A DNA stretch of 63,880 nucleotides, the filler included, from an uncultured Acidimicrobiia bacterium (GTDB lineage: Bacteria; Actinomycetota; Acidimicrobiia; Spongiisociales; JAOTWH01): NCBI GenBank assembly GCA_964347285.1. It is 8 parts of 8 records of this genome, joined end to end, with 100 filler letters (N's around TTAATTAATTAA, not from the genome) between each part and the next. Parts side by side here need not be neighbours in the genome. Positions count along the whole stretch, not along the records: positions 34,834 to 43,151 come from CAYFYE010000101.1; positions 43,252 to 51,369 come from CAYFYE010000102.1; 6 more parts are not named here. One strand, 5' to 3'. Of the stretch, positions 38,071 to 47,144 are shown one piece after another. Position numbers and translations under genes: made by a program. A model generated the notes under the pieces. That model worked only from the letters and a program-made list of their open reading frames with translations. It did no database searches and was not told the DNA's origin. Within the stretch, counting starts at the first letter, position 1, and every line of letters begins with the position of its first letter.

Positions 38071-38410
38071 GCGGGTCATTCGAAGGACAACCCGGCCGTC
38101 GAGGTGTCAGCCGGTTCGCGAGCCAGGCGAAACCCCGGGAACTGACCAACCGTAGAACCCGGCCGAGGGTGACAGCCATCGCCCACGATCAGCGCACCCC
38201 AACATCCTCCCTGCCGGTTATGCGCGCTGCAGACTTCCGGATAGAAGCCAAACTCCTAGACATCATGACGCCACATATGGCCCGGCGCCCCGATTCGAGC
38301 ATGAAGCCGACGCCCCAGCACGATTCCGACACGAGGACTCATTCGCCGAGTGAGCGAGATTGGCACCTTTGTGCTCGTCTATCAGAGCTCCTCTAGGAAC
38401 AGTTGTCCCG

Positions 38411-40069
38411 TCAGCGCATCGCCAGGCATGAGCTGTCGGGAAGTGAATAGGGATCGTCGATGAACTGGAGGCCGATGTCACGGCCACAGGCGTCGGACCG
38501 CATTACGCCGTGGGACAGATCGGCAAACTCGAAATAGAAGCTGCTCTCCAGGTTGGCTGCCGTCTCCCTGCTCCATGATGCAGGGGTGACGGGGTCGAGC
38601 TCCCCGGCGAGGACCAGTACCGGCACGTCGGAGACGACCGGTTCGGTTTCTCGTGGCCCGGCTGGCTTCACGGGCCAGACGTCACAGACCGCGTACTCCA
38701 GTGCCACGTTGTTCGATACGGCGTAGTCGACGATCGTGTCAGGCAGGGAGGCGGCCCGGGCTCGGACTTCCTCCATTGAGACGAACGGAGCTTGCTCCTG
38801 GCACTGGAAGGAGAAGTACACGGCCCAGTTGCCGGGATACTGAAACCGCTGCGGGAACGCCGAGGACAGTATGTCGATTTGTCCACCGGCAACGGCGTGG
38901 ATGTAGCGGGGAGCCTCTCGCCAGCCCCATGTGGCCTGCAACATGCCGTAGATCAGATCGATGAACCGCTCACCGTCGAGCACCACCTCGCCGCCGGGAT
39001 AGGAAACGATGCCCGGGTGCGCGTTCAGGTGGTCGACCGAAGCGAAGAACGTGCCGGCCAGATCCGGATAGCGAGTCGAACAGGACGGGTCCGCGAGGCA
39101 CCGCTCGAAGACCCGGCTCAGCGCATCGTTGACGTTGAGTGCCCATGATCCGTACCAGTCGGCCTGGGGCGGGTAGACGGAATCGAGAATGATGCTGCGA
39201 ACACCCTCCGGGCGATCCCTGAGCAGGGCGAGGCCGATCCGGGTCCCATACGACGTTCCGTAGTAATTGGCCTGCTCATACCCGAGCGCGGCGCGCAGAT
39301 CGTCGGCATCGGCGGCGTTGAGGGCGCTCGAGTACATCTGGAGGTCGATGCCTCGGGCGGTTAGGGCGGCCTGGCAGTCCTGCCAGAACGCCACCTGAGA
39401 GGCAATGGCCTGCTCCCTCGATAAGCGCTCGGCAGCCAATTCCTGCAGCAGCGAGTCGTGTCCCCGGCAGTCGAGCGGAGGCTCGGTGAGCGGCGCCCCA
39501 CGTTGGTTGTACATGATGAAGTCGCGGGTTGCCGTCACCTCGACCACGACGTCCCGGTACCAGCCCATCATCCCCATCTGATCGACGCCGCCTCCACCCG
39601 CCAGATAGATCACCGGGTCGGGCAGCGGGTCGTGGGCACGAGCCTCGAACACGATCACCGGCAGGCGCACCTCTGAGGCGGCCGGGTCCCGACGATCTTC
39701 CGGCACGATCAGGTAACCACAGTGGTGGGGAAGGTCGAGCGTGACCGCAAACCCGCACTTGGTGGGCTCGAAACGAGGCCGATGATCGGGCCGCGGCGGC
39801 ACACCGGTCTCGGGGACGGGCACCGTGACGGACCCAGACGATGGAGCCGCGGTCGAGGAACTGGCTGACGCGCCCGGCCCTGTCGTGAGCTGGGGAGGGG
39901 GCTCGGCGGACATGGACGACGTGGCCTGCTCGGCCGCCGTCGTCTTCGATGATGAACCCGTCCCGGTCACTTTTTCGTCGGAGCATCCCCCGGCGGCCAG
40001 TATCACCATAAAGAGGGCGATCGCTGTCGCCAGGCGATGTGAGCCGACCGGCATGACCGGATTCGCCAT
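38411..40069 (-). CDS. Lipoprotein alpha/beta hydrolase (TAP-like peptidase/esterase)
   Basis: Lipobox AGGC; CGYLIVPEDR, YNQRG, YYGTSYGT, GELDPVTP and SHGV. Confidence 0.88.
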   Translation of the reverse strand: MANPVMPVGSHRLATAIALFMVILAAGGCSDEKVTGTGSSSKTTAAEQATSSMSAEPPPQLTTGPGASASSSTAAPSSGSVTVPVPETGVPPRPDHRPRFEPTKCGFAVTLDLPHHCGYLIVPEDRRDPAASEVRLPVIVFEARAHDPLPDPVIYLAGGGGVDQMGMMGWYRDVVVEVTATRDFIMYNQRGAPLTEPPLDCRGHDSLLQELAAERLSREQAIASQVAFWQDCQAALTARGIDLQMYSSALNAADADDLRAALGYEQANYYGTSYGTRIGLALLRDRPEGVRSIILDSVYPPQADWYGSWALNVNDALSRVFERCLADPSCSTRYPDLAGTFFASVDHLNAHPGIVSYPGGEVVLDGERFIDLIYGMLQATWGWREAPRYIHAVAGGQIDILSSAFPQRFQYPGNWAVYFSFQCQEQAPFVSMEEVRARAASLPDTIVDYAVSNNVALEYAVCDVWPVKPAGPRETEPVVSDVPVLVLAGELDPVTPASWSRETAANLESSFYFEFADLSHGVMRSDACGRDIGLQFIDDPYSLPDSSCLAMR

Positions 40070-40720
40070 CCGGCACCCTTCTCGATGCTCCGAGTATGTC
40101 GAAACCTTCAGGCGACGCCAAGAGTCGAAGGCCCCGGGCCCACGCGTGCCGCGGGCGAGCGCCCAAGCTTTCTCGAATAGCTCCTACAAGCGCGCCAGAA
40201 ACCAGCAGCGAGGATCTGAACCCGACTTGCCGAACACCGAGTCAGTCGATCCGCTCGACCGCTCGACCTGGAGCTGAATCTGGAAGGAGCGAGGGAGACA
40301 TGGCCCAACAAGGGCTGGCGACGAGGACTTCGTCGCCGGCGCGCTTGCCGAGTTCACGTTCGAGGGCGTCAGCTACCCCGTGGCGGAAGGCGGGTTCACA
40401 GAAGGCGGGTGGGTGGCACGTCGTTCGGCTCACCGACGGCTCTGAGGCGACCGACCCTGCGCTCACCGCGACCGAGCACTTCTCTGGAGAAGGTCAGGGG
40501 TCCCGAGGGGCCGTTGTCCCGGGGGCTCTGTGTCGGGGCAGCAGGCGATCTCGTGTCTGATGGCACCTCGAAGCGCCGGGGTCCTTGAGGCTGTTTGATC
40601 CGGCGCCATGGAACTGGGAGGATCACGATCGCTGCCCGCCCCTTGGAGCAGGCTGAACCTGCGGAGAGGGCGCCCGTTCAGGCCGGGGCTTTGATCGGTG
40701 CGAGTGTCGTGGAGGATGCT

Positions 40721-41188
40721 GTGCTCCAAACGTACCGTCTGCTGCACATCATTGGACTGGTCCTTTGGTTCGGGGCGCTGGCTGGCGACCTGTTCCTTGT
40801 TCCTGCCGCTCGGAAGAAGGAACTCCAGATTCGGGCCTGGGCTCTGGGCGTCTACGCCAAATCGATGTGGATCGAGGTAGTCGGATCCGCTCTGCTGCTG
40901 GCCAGCGGCATCGGCCTCCTTGTCGAGTTCGCTTGGGTGCCGTGGGAATCCACCTGGCTACTCGTCAAGTTGATCGCCGTGGTTGTGCTCATGGCCGACC
41001 GATTCATCGTCTTCTTCGCGACGAGGCACCACTTCCTGGGTGCCGCCACCGGCTCCGAGGAGGACGTGGAGCACCGCGTCGCCGCGGGGATCGCATGGCA
41101 CGACGGGCACGCCAAGGCCTTCGGGCCGATCGGTCTCATCGGGCTGGTCGCCATCTTCTGGATGGTCATGTGGAGGCCCGGCTTCTGA
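40721..41188 (+). CDS. 4-TM membrane protein (DUF2269/CopD-like)
   Basis: GGAGG plus GTG; LLHIIGLVLWFG, LLASGIGL, WLLVKL and MVMWRP. Confidence 0.68.
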   Translation: MLQTYRLLHIIGLVLWFGALAGDLFLVPAARKKELQIRAWALGVYAKSMWIEVVGSALLLASGIGLLVEFAWVPWESTWLLVKLIAVVVLMADRFIVFFATRHHFLGAATGSEEDVEHRVAAGIAWHDGHAKAFGPIGLIGLVAIFWMVMWRPGF

Positions 41189-41189
41189 G

Positions 41190-41620
41190 AGCCGGCTACC
41201 AGACCGTCATCGGATCGATCCAGGATCAGATGCATCCAGGTCCTCAAAACCGCCGAGATCCGAGCCACTCCATCGTCGCGGTGCTCACGGTTCCGCTTGT
41301 TCCAGATCGTCGCCATCCGCGCCGCAAGGATCGGCAGGCCGATCCTGCCCTGGGGGGTCACCAGGTGAAGTAGCGCGCCCCGCTTCGGGTCGGCTTCCAC
41401 CCCACTGATCTCACCCAGGGGCCAAGAGGTCATGTCCGTCAGCAACACTCCGCGCGGCCCGACGGATCGCAGGGCTGCCGGGATGTTGAGTGGATCCCAG
41501 ATCAGCCTGTGCGTGGTGAGAACCAGAGTCCCTCCGACCGCTCCGGATGCAACGTTCTTTACACCATGAGCAGCATCGACGGCTTCGACGTCACCCTCAT
41601 AGCGCCCCACATCTTGAACC
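41190..41620 (-). CDS. Possible PH/GRAM-like small protein or relic
   Basis: AVGGTLVLTTHRLIWDP...WPLGEISGVE resembles PH-like beta strands; boundaries unclear and the reading frame overlaps the opposite gene. Confidence 0.3.
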
Positions 41621-41756
41621 CGGCCTATCGCCTCCGCAGCTACCCCGCGGGCCCATCGACCGCCCACCGCTTGACATTCCACCCGACCGGAAGGAGTAGA
41701 AGGGGGGCGTAAGCGGCGACTTGGATGGCCGCGCCCAGACGGAACAGAGGTAAGAC

Positions 41757-42932
41757 ATGGACGAGAAACAAATCCGGGTGGGAGTCAATGGTTATGGGGT
41801 GATCGGGAAGCGTGTCGCCGATGCCGTGACATTGCAGGAGGACATGACCCTGGTCGGGGTGGCGGACGTCGGGTTCGACTGGCGCGTCAAGGTGGCGGTT
41901 GAACGCGGCCATCCGGTCTACGCCTCGGCGCCGGAACGCCGCGGAGAGATGGAGGCCGCCGGGATAGGCGTCACCGGCACGCTGGCGGACCTCCTCACCG
42001 AAGTCGATGTGATTGTGGACTGCACACCGAAGGGGATCGGCGCCGTCAACAAGGCCGCCTATGAGCGTGCCGGGGTGAAGGCGATCTTCCAGGGTGGAGA
42101 GTCGCACGAGCTTGCGGGCTACTCGTTCGTGGCCCAGGTGAACTACCCCGACGCCATCGGGAGGCAGTTCACTCGGGTGGTGTCGTGCAACACGACGGGC
42201 ATGTCGCGGGTGCTGCACGCTCTCCACCGCCGCGGCTGGATCGATCGGGCCCGGGTGGTGGTGTTGCGGCGCGGCACGGATCCGTGGGAGTCGCACGACA
42301 CGGGGATGATCAATACCGTTATCCCCGAGACCAGGGTCCCCTCCCATCAGGGCCCCGACGCCAACAAGGTGCTTCCAGACCTGGACATCACAACCATGGC
42401 GGCTGCTGGTCCCTTCAACTTGTCCCACATCCATTTCGCCATGGTGGAAACGACCCACCCGGTCTCGGTTGCCGGGGTGCGGGACGCGCTCTTCGATGAG
42501 CCACGGGTGGCGTTGATCCGCGCTGCAGATGGTCTGGTGGCCCTCAACAGCGTCGTGGAGCTGATGCGGGACCTGGATCGGCCTCGCGGCGACATGTGGG
42601 AGGTGGCCGTGTGGGACGACGCCATCGCCACCGACAGTCGAGAGATCTACCTCACCTACCAGGTCCACAACGAAGCGATCGTCGTCCCCGAGAGCATCGA
42701 CGCCATTCGGGCCCTCACCGGGTTCGCCGATGCCGTGGCGTCGATCGACGCGACCGACAGTGCCCTTGGTATCACCTCGGCGTTCCTCCCCGCCACCGAC
42801 GAGCCGATCGTCCACCTTGCCGGCTCCGACGTCGACCACCCCGCCCTCGCTGCGGTGCGGGCCCGTCACGCCGAGTTCGCCGAGATGGGTTTCAAGGGTG
42901 CCGAGGAGCCGAGCGAAGAGGAGACCGACTGA
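41757..42932 (+). CDS. gap: Type II (archaeal-type) glyceraldehyde-3-phosphate dehydrogenase
   Basis: VGVNGYGVIGKRVADAV..QEDM, VDCTPKG, FQGGE, RVVSCNTT, PSHQGPD and VHNEAIVVPE. Confidence 0.92.
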   Translation: MDEKQIRVGVNGYGVIGKRVADAVTLQEDMTLVGVADVGFDWRVKVAVERGHPVYASAPERRGEMEAAGIGVTGTLADLLTEVDVIVDCTPKGIGAVNKAAYERAGVKAIFQGGESHELAGYSFVAQVNYPDAIGRQFTRVVSCNTTGMSRVLHALHRRGWIDRARVVVLRRGTDPWESHDTGMINTVIPETRVPSHQGPDANKVLPDLDITTMAAAGPFNLSHIHFAMVETTHPVSVAGVRDALFDEPRVALIRAADGLVALNSVVELMRDLDRPRGDMWEVAVWDDAIATDSREIYLTYQVHNEAIVVPESIDAIRALTGFADAVASIDATDSALGITSAFLPATDEPIVHLAGSDVDHPALAAVRARHAEFAEMGFKGAEEPSEEETD

Positions 42933-43151
42933 TGACTGGCACCCACACCCACGGGGACCCACGAGACGATCACCGTGCAGACCGGTGGGATGCAGTTCGC
43001 GTCGGAGAAGCACAAGTTGGTCGTCACCCACGAAGACTTGATGGAGCCGCTCGGGTTGGCTGCCGCAGTAGAACGAGAATCCGGGCAATCCCTCGCCGAA
43101 GCGGGGGTTCGCTACGCGGACGAACGAGGAGGCGAGTCAGCGGCGACGGGG
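42932..43151 (+). pseudogene. Possible relic of a heavy-metal P-type ATPase N-terminus
   Basis: TGATG-coupled ATG; MTGTHTHG, then after a shift in GGGG (42953-42956) THETITVQTGGMQFASEKHK, resembling degenerate HMA domains (GMxxASE). Confidence 0.35.
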
Positions 43152-43251
43152 NNNNNNNNNNNNNNNNNNNNNNNNNNNNNNNNNNNNNNNNNNNNTTAAT
43201 TAATTAANNNNNNNNNNNNNNNNNNNNNNNNNNNNNNNNNNNNNNNNNNNN
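43152..43251. other. Artificial contig linker
   Basis: N44-TTAATTAATTAA-N44. Confidence 0.99.
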
Positions 43252-44372
43252 TGCACGGCGACCCCCCGGCCATTCAGATCCCCGCCGATCTCCTGCCGAG
43301 CGACGGACGCTTCGGGTCGGGACCCAGCAAAGTGCGGCCCGAAGCGGTGTCCGCCCTGGCGTCCATCGCCTCCACCTATCTGGGCACCAGCCACCGCCGC
43401 TCCGACGTCAAAGCGGTGGTCAACCGGCTCCGGACCGGGCTGGCCGAGCTGTTCTCCCTCCCCGATGGCTACGAGGTGCTGGTGGGCATCGGGGGGACCA
43501 CGTTGTTCTGGGACGCCGCCACCTTCTCGCTCATCGAACGCCGCAGCCAGCATCTCGCCTTCGGCGAGTTCTCCGCCAAGTTCGCCGCCGCCGTCGCCGG
43601 CGCGCCCCACCTGGAGCCTCCCCAGGTCATCGAGGCCCCGCCGGGGACTCGCCCCGAACCGGCCCCCGATCCGTCGGTGGACCTGTACGCCCTCACCCAC
43701 AACGAGACTTCGACCGGTGTTATGGCCCCGGTGGTCCGCCCGGCCTCCGAAGGGCTGGTGGCCGTGGATGCCACCTCGGCGGCCGGTGCCGTGGCGGTCG
43801 ACCCGTCCCACTTCGATGCCTACTACTTCTCTCCACAGAAGGCCTTCGGGTCGGAAGGAGGGTTGTGGACCGCCCTGTGCTCACCGGCGGCCCTGGACCG
43901 CATTGCATCCGTCAAGGCGGGCGGAAGATGGATGCCGCCGATGCTCGACCTCTCCATCGCTCTCGAGAACTCGCGCCGGGATCAGACCTACAACACACCG
44001 GCGCTGGCGACCCTGTTTCTGCTCACCGACCAGGTGGAATGGCTGCTCGGCAACGGCGGCCTGAGTTGGGCAACCAGCCGATGCAGTCGGTCCGCGGAGG
44101 TGGCCTACGGATGGGCGGAGGCCAGCGACTACGCAACCCCGTTCGTGACCAACCCCGCCGACCGGAGCATCACCACCGCCACCTTCGATCTCGTCCAGGA
44201 GGTCGAGGCCGACGTGGTCATCTCGGTCCTACGGGCCAGCGGCATCGTCGACATCGGCGGCTATCGCAAGCTGGGACGCAACCAGCTCAGAATCGGCATG
44301 TGGCCGGCCATACCCACCTCCGACGTCGAGGCCGTCACCCGGGCGATCGACTATGTGGTGGAACGGCTCTAG
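43252..44372 (+). CDS. serC: Phosphoserine aminotransferase, actinobacterial type (start at contig edge)
   Basis: IPADLLPSDGRFGSGPSKVR, HNETSTG, DATS, YYFSPQK, QTYNTP and YRKLGRNQLR. Confidence 0.94.
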
Positions 44373-44863
44373 GCCTCCCGGGCCCCCAACTCCTGATCGA
44401 GGAGAAGGAGACCGGCGCCGTCGTCGCCGACCAGCCGGAGACGCTCGACGATGGTTCCGACCGCATCCTCCTCCTCCACCTGCTCGGCCAGAAACCATTC
44501 CAGCAACGGGAAGCTGGCGTAGTCCTTTTCCTTGGAGGCCAGCTCGTAGAGGCTGCGGATGGAAGCGGTCACCCGACGCTCACCCTCCATGGCCTTCTCG
44601 AAAGCCAGCCGGGGAGACTTGAAGTCGGAGATCGGCTGGGGAATGGCCGGCAGGTCCACCGCTCCGCCCCGCTCCAAGAGGTAGTCGAAGAACTTGCGGG
44701 CGTGGGCCGTCTCCTCCTCGTACTGTCGCGTCATCCAATTGGCGAATCCAGACAGGTGGATCGACTCGAAGTAGGCCGCCATCGCCAGGTATTGATAGGC
44801 ACTGGCGTACTCCAGGCCCACCTGGTCGTTGAACGCCTTCTCCAGTCTCTTGCTGAGTTCCAT
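44369..44863 (-). CDS. ftnA: Non-heme ferritin
   Basis: NDQVGLEYASAYQY, EETAHA and WFLAEQVEEE ferroxidase residues. Confidence 0.93.
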   Translation of the reverse strand: MELSKRLEKAFNDQVGLEYASAYQYLAMAAYFESIHLSGFANWMTRQYEEETAHARKFFDYLLERGGAVDLPAIPQPISDFKSPRLAFEKAMEGERRVTASIRSLYELASKEKDYASFPLLEWFLAEQVEEEDAVGTIVERLRLVGDDGAGLLLLDQELGAREA

Positions 44864-44921
44864 AGCGGTGCCTCTTCCTCGCGCTAACCGATGCTACCGG
44901 CACCCCGGTAGGCTCCCATCG

Positions 44922-45476
44922 GTGCACAGCGTCCTCTGGCAGCGTCTCGACCTTTCCGGCCACGATCGGGCCGTACTGGCCACGGATGCGAAGGGCCAAC
45001 GCATCGCCGGCACGGCCCTCTTCGCCCTCGACGGAAACTCGTACGACATCCGCTACACGGTCCTTGTCGATCCGGCCTGGTGCACGACCGTGGTGGCGGC
45101 CCACGTCCAGGGACCGGGAGGCGATCGCCGCCTGTCGTTGCGAGGGGACGGTGCCGGACGCTGGTGGATGGGCGACAGGTCTCTCCCCGACCTCGACGGC
45201 TGTCTCGATGTCGACTTCGCCTTCACCCCGGCTACCAACACGCTGCCCCTGCGGCGGTTGCGCCTGGCCGTCGGCGAGGCCCAGGACGTGCGGGCGGTCC
45301 GGGTGGGCTTCCCCGGTCATGATCTCGAGCCGGTCTGGCAGCGCTACCAGCGGCTGGCCGAGGATCGCTACGGGTACTCCTCGGGGGCGTTCAGCGTCGA
45401 GCTCACCGTCGACCCAGAGGCATTCGTGACCGAGTATCCCGGATACTGGACGGCGGTGACGCGAGCCAATGGTTAG
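44922..45476 (+). CDS. Putative glycolipid-binding domain protein
   Basis: LDGCLDVDFAFTPATNTLPLRRL, QRY and VTEYPGYW. Confidence 0.85.
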   Translation: MHSVLWQRLDLSGHDRAVLATDAKGQRIAGTALFALDGNSYDIRYTVLVDPAWCTTVVAAHVQGPGGDRRLSLRGDGAGRWWMGDRSLPDLDGCLDVDFAFTPATNTLPLRRLRLAVGEAQDVRAVRVGFPGHDLEPVWQRYQRLAEDRYGYSSGAFSVELTVDPEAFVTEYPGYWTAVTRANG

Positions 45477-45526
45477 CCGTCGACCGTCGGAATCGGGACA
45501 ACCGAGAAGCGACAGCTGAGGACGTC

Positions 45527-46036
45527 GTGTCCAAACGCCTGATCCTGCTCCGCCACGGCAAGTCCGACTGGGATGCCGATTACAGCGGCGACCGGCATCG
45601 CCCTTTGGCAAAACGGGGGCTGCAGGCAGCCCGGACCATGGGCCGCCTGCTGACCGCCGTCGACCAGATTCCCGAGAAGGTGATCAGCTCCCCTGCCCTG
45701 CGGGCGCGCGCTACGGCCGAGTTGGCAGCCGAAGCGGGGCGCTGGGGCTGCCCGATGGAACTGGACGAAGGGCTGTACGCCACCTCGCTCGCAGAGGTCC
45801 TCGACGTCGTTCGGCGGCAGGACGACGACCTGGAGCGCCTGTTGCTGATCGGCCACGAGCCCACCTGGTCGAATCTCGCCGAGGTCCTGTCTGGAGGGCG
45901 GGTCCGGGTACCCACTGCGGCGGCGGTCGGCATCGATTTCGACGTCACCGTCTGGCGGGCGGTGGGACCCGGTCGAGGGCGGGTGGTGTACGTTTTTCCC
46001 CCGCGTCTGTTCCGCTCGATCGAGCTGGACCGCTGA
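45527..46036 (+). CDS. sixA: SixA-type histidine phosphatase
   Basis: LLRHGKSDW, SSPALRA and IGHEP. Confidence 0.88.
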   Translation: MSKRLILLRHGKSDWDADYSGDRHRPLAKRGLQAARTMGRLLTAVDQIPEKVISSPALRARATAELAAEAGRWGCPMELDEGLYATSLAEVLDVVRRQDDDLERLLLIGHEPTWSNLAEVLSGGRVRVPTAAAVGIDFDVTVWRAVGPGRGRVVYVFPPRLFRSIELDR

Positions 46037-46121
46037 CTGGTGCCGGCCACCGACCGGAGGAGCGACAGGCAAATCCTGGCCGGTGGACGCTCGGCGCCAA
46101 GGCAGACCAAGGAGGTTCTCC

Positions 46122-46913
46122 GTGCCGGAACGCACGTCGTACGCGCCGGGCACCCCGTCGTGGGTCGACCTGGCCACCAGCGACCAGGCTGCATCCACGG
46201 CTTTCTACTCCGAGCTGTTCGGCTGGGAATCTCGTGAGGAACCGGCCGGAGAGCAGGGCACCTACACGATGTTCGCCAAGAACGGCAAGGATGTGGCGGC
46301 TCTCATGCAGCAGAGTCCGGATGAAGCTTCCCAGGGAATCCCACCCCACTGGAACACCTACATCACCGTCGAAGACGTAGAAGCCTCGGCCGCCAGGGCA
46401 TCCGACGCCGGAGGCACGGTGATCGTTCCGCCCTTAGACGTCATGGGATCGGGTCGGATGGCGGGGGTGCAGGATCCCACCGGAGCGATGTTCTCGCTGT
46501 GGGAGCCCAGGACGCACATCGGTGCCGGCCTCGTCAACGAGCCCGGGACCCTGTCGTGGAACGAGCTGCTCACCGACGATGTGGCCACCGCCCAGAAGTT
46601 CTATGCCGAGCTGTTCGACTGGGGCGCCGAGACCCAGGACATGCCCAACGGTCCGTACACCAGCTTCAAGGTGGGCGACGCCTACGTGGCCGGCATGATG
46701 GCCAAGACCGAAGAAATGGGACCGATCCCCAACTACTGGGGCGTCTACTTTGCCGTCGACGATTGTGACGATTGTGTCACCAGGGCCGAGGACTTGGACG
46801 GCAGGACGCCGGCGCCCGCCTTCGACGTGCCCGAGGTGGGGCGCATCGGGGTCCTCCAGGACCCCCGGGGCGCCGTCTTCTCCGTGCTCGAGCCGGCCCA
46901 ACCGCCGCAGTAG
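46122..46913 (+). CDS. VOC/glyoxalase family protein (two-domain, Rv0577-like)
   Basis: PGTPSWVDL..FYSELFGW, DPTGAMF and PGTLSWNEL..FYAELFDW. Confidence 0.92.
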   Translation: MPERTSYAPGTPSWVDLATSDQAASTAFYSELFGWESREEPAGEQGTYTMFAKNGKDVAALMQQSPDEASQGIPPHWNTYITVEDVEASAARASDAGGTVIVPPLDVMGSGRMAGVQDPTGAMFSLWEPRTHIGAGLVNEPGTLSWNELLTDDVATAQKFYAELFDWGAETQDMPNGPYTSFKVGDAYVAGMMAKTEEMGPIPNYWGVYFAVDDCDDCVTRAEDLDGRTPAPAFDVPEVGRIGVLQDPRGAVFSVLEPAQPPQ

Positions 46914-47144
46914 GCGAACGCCGCGACGTGCCGGCGCCACCGATGGGGCGCTCGGGCCGTTTCCGCGTAACCGGCCCGGCGCCTGCAGTAGGCTGAGGCC
47001 GGGCCAGTCCGCCAACCGTGTTGTGTCGGCGCTCTCCCGACTGCGCCCCAGGTCCAGCACTCAATGACCGGTAACAACTCTCCACGGAGCCAGACCGAAC
47101 CACTTAGGCGGGCGGCGCGCCGTCTTCGCGACGGACCGAAGACC

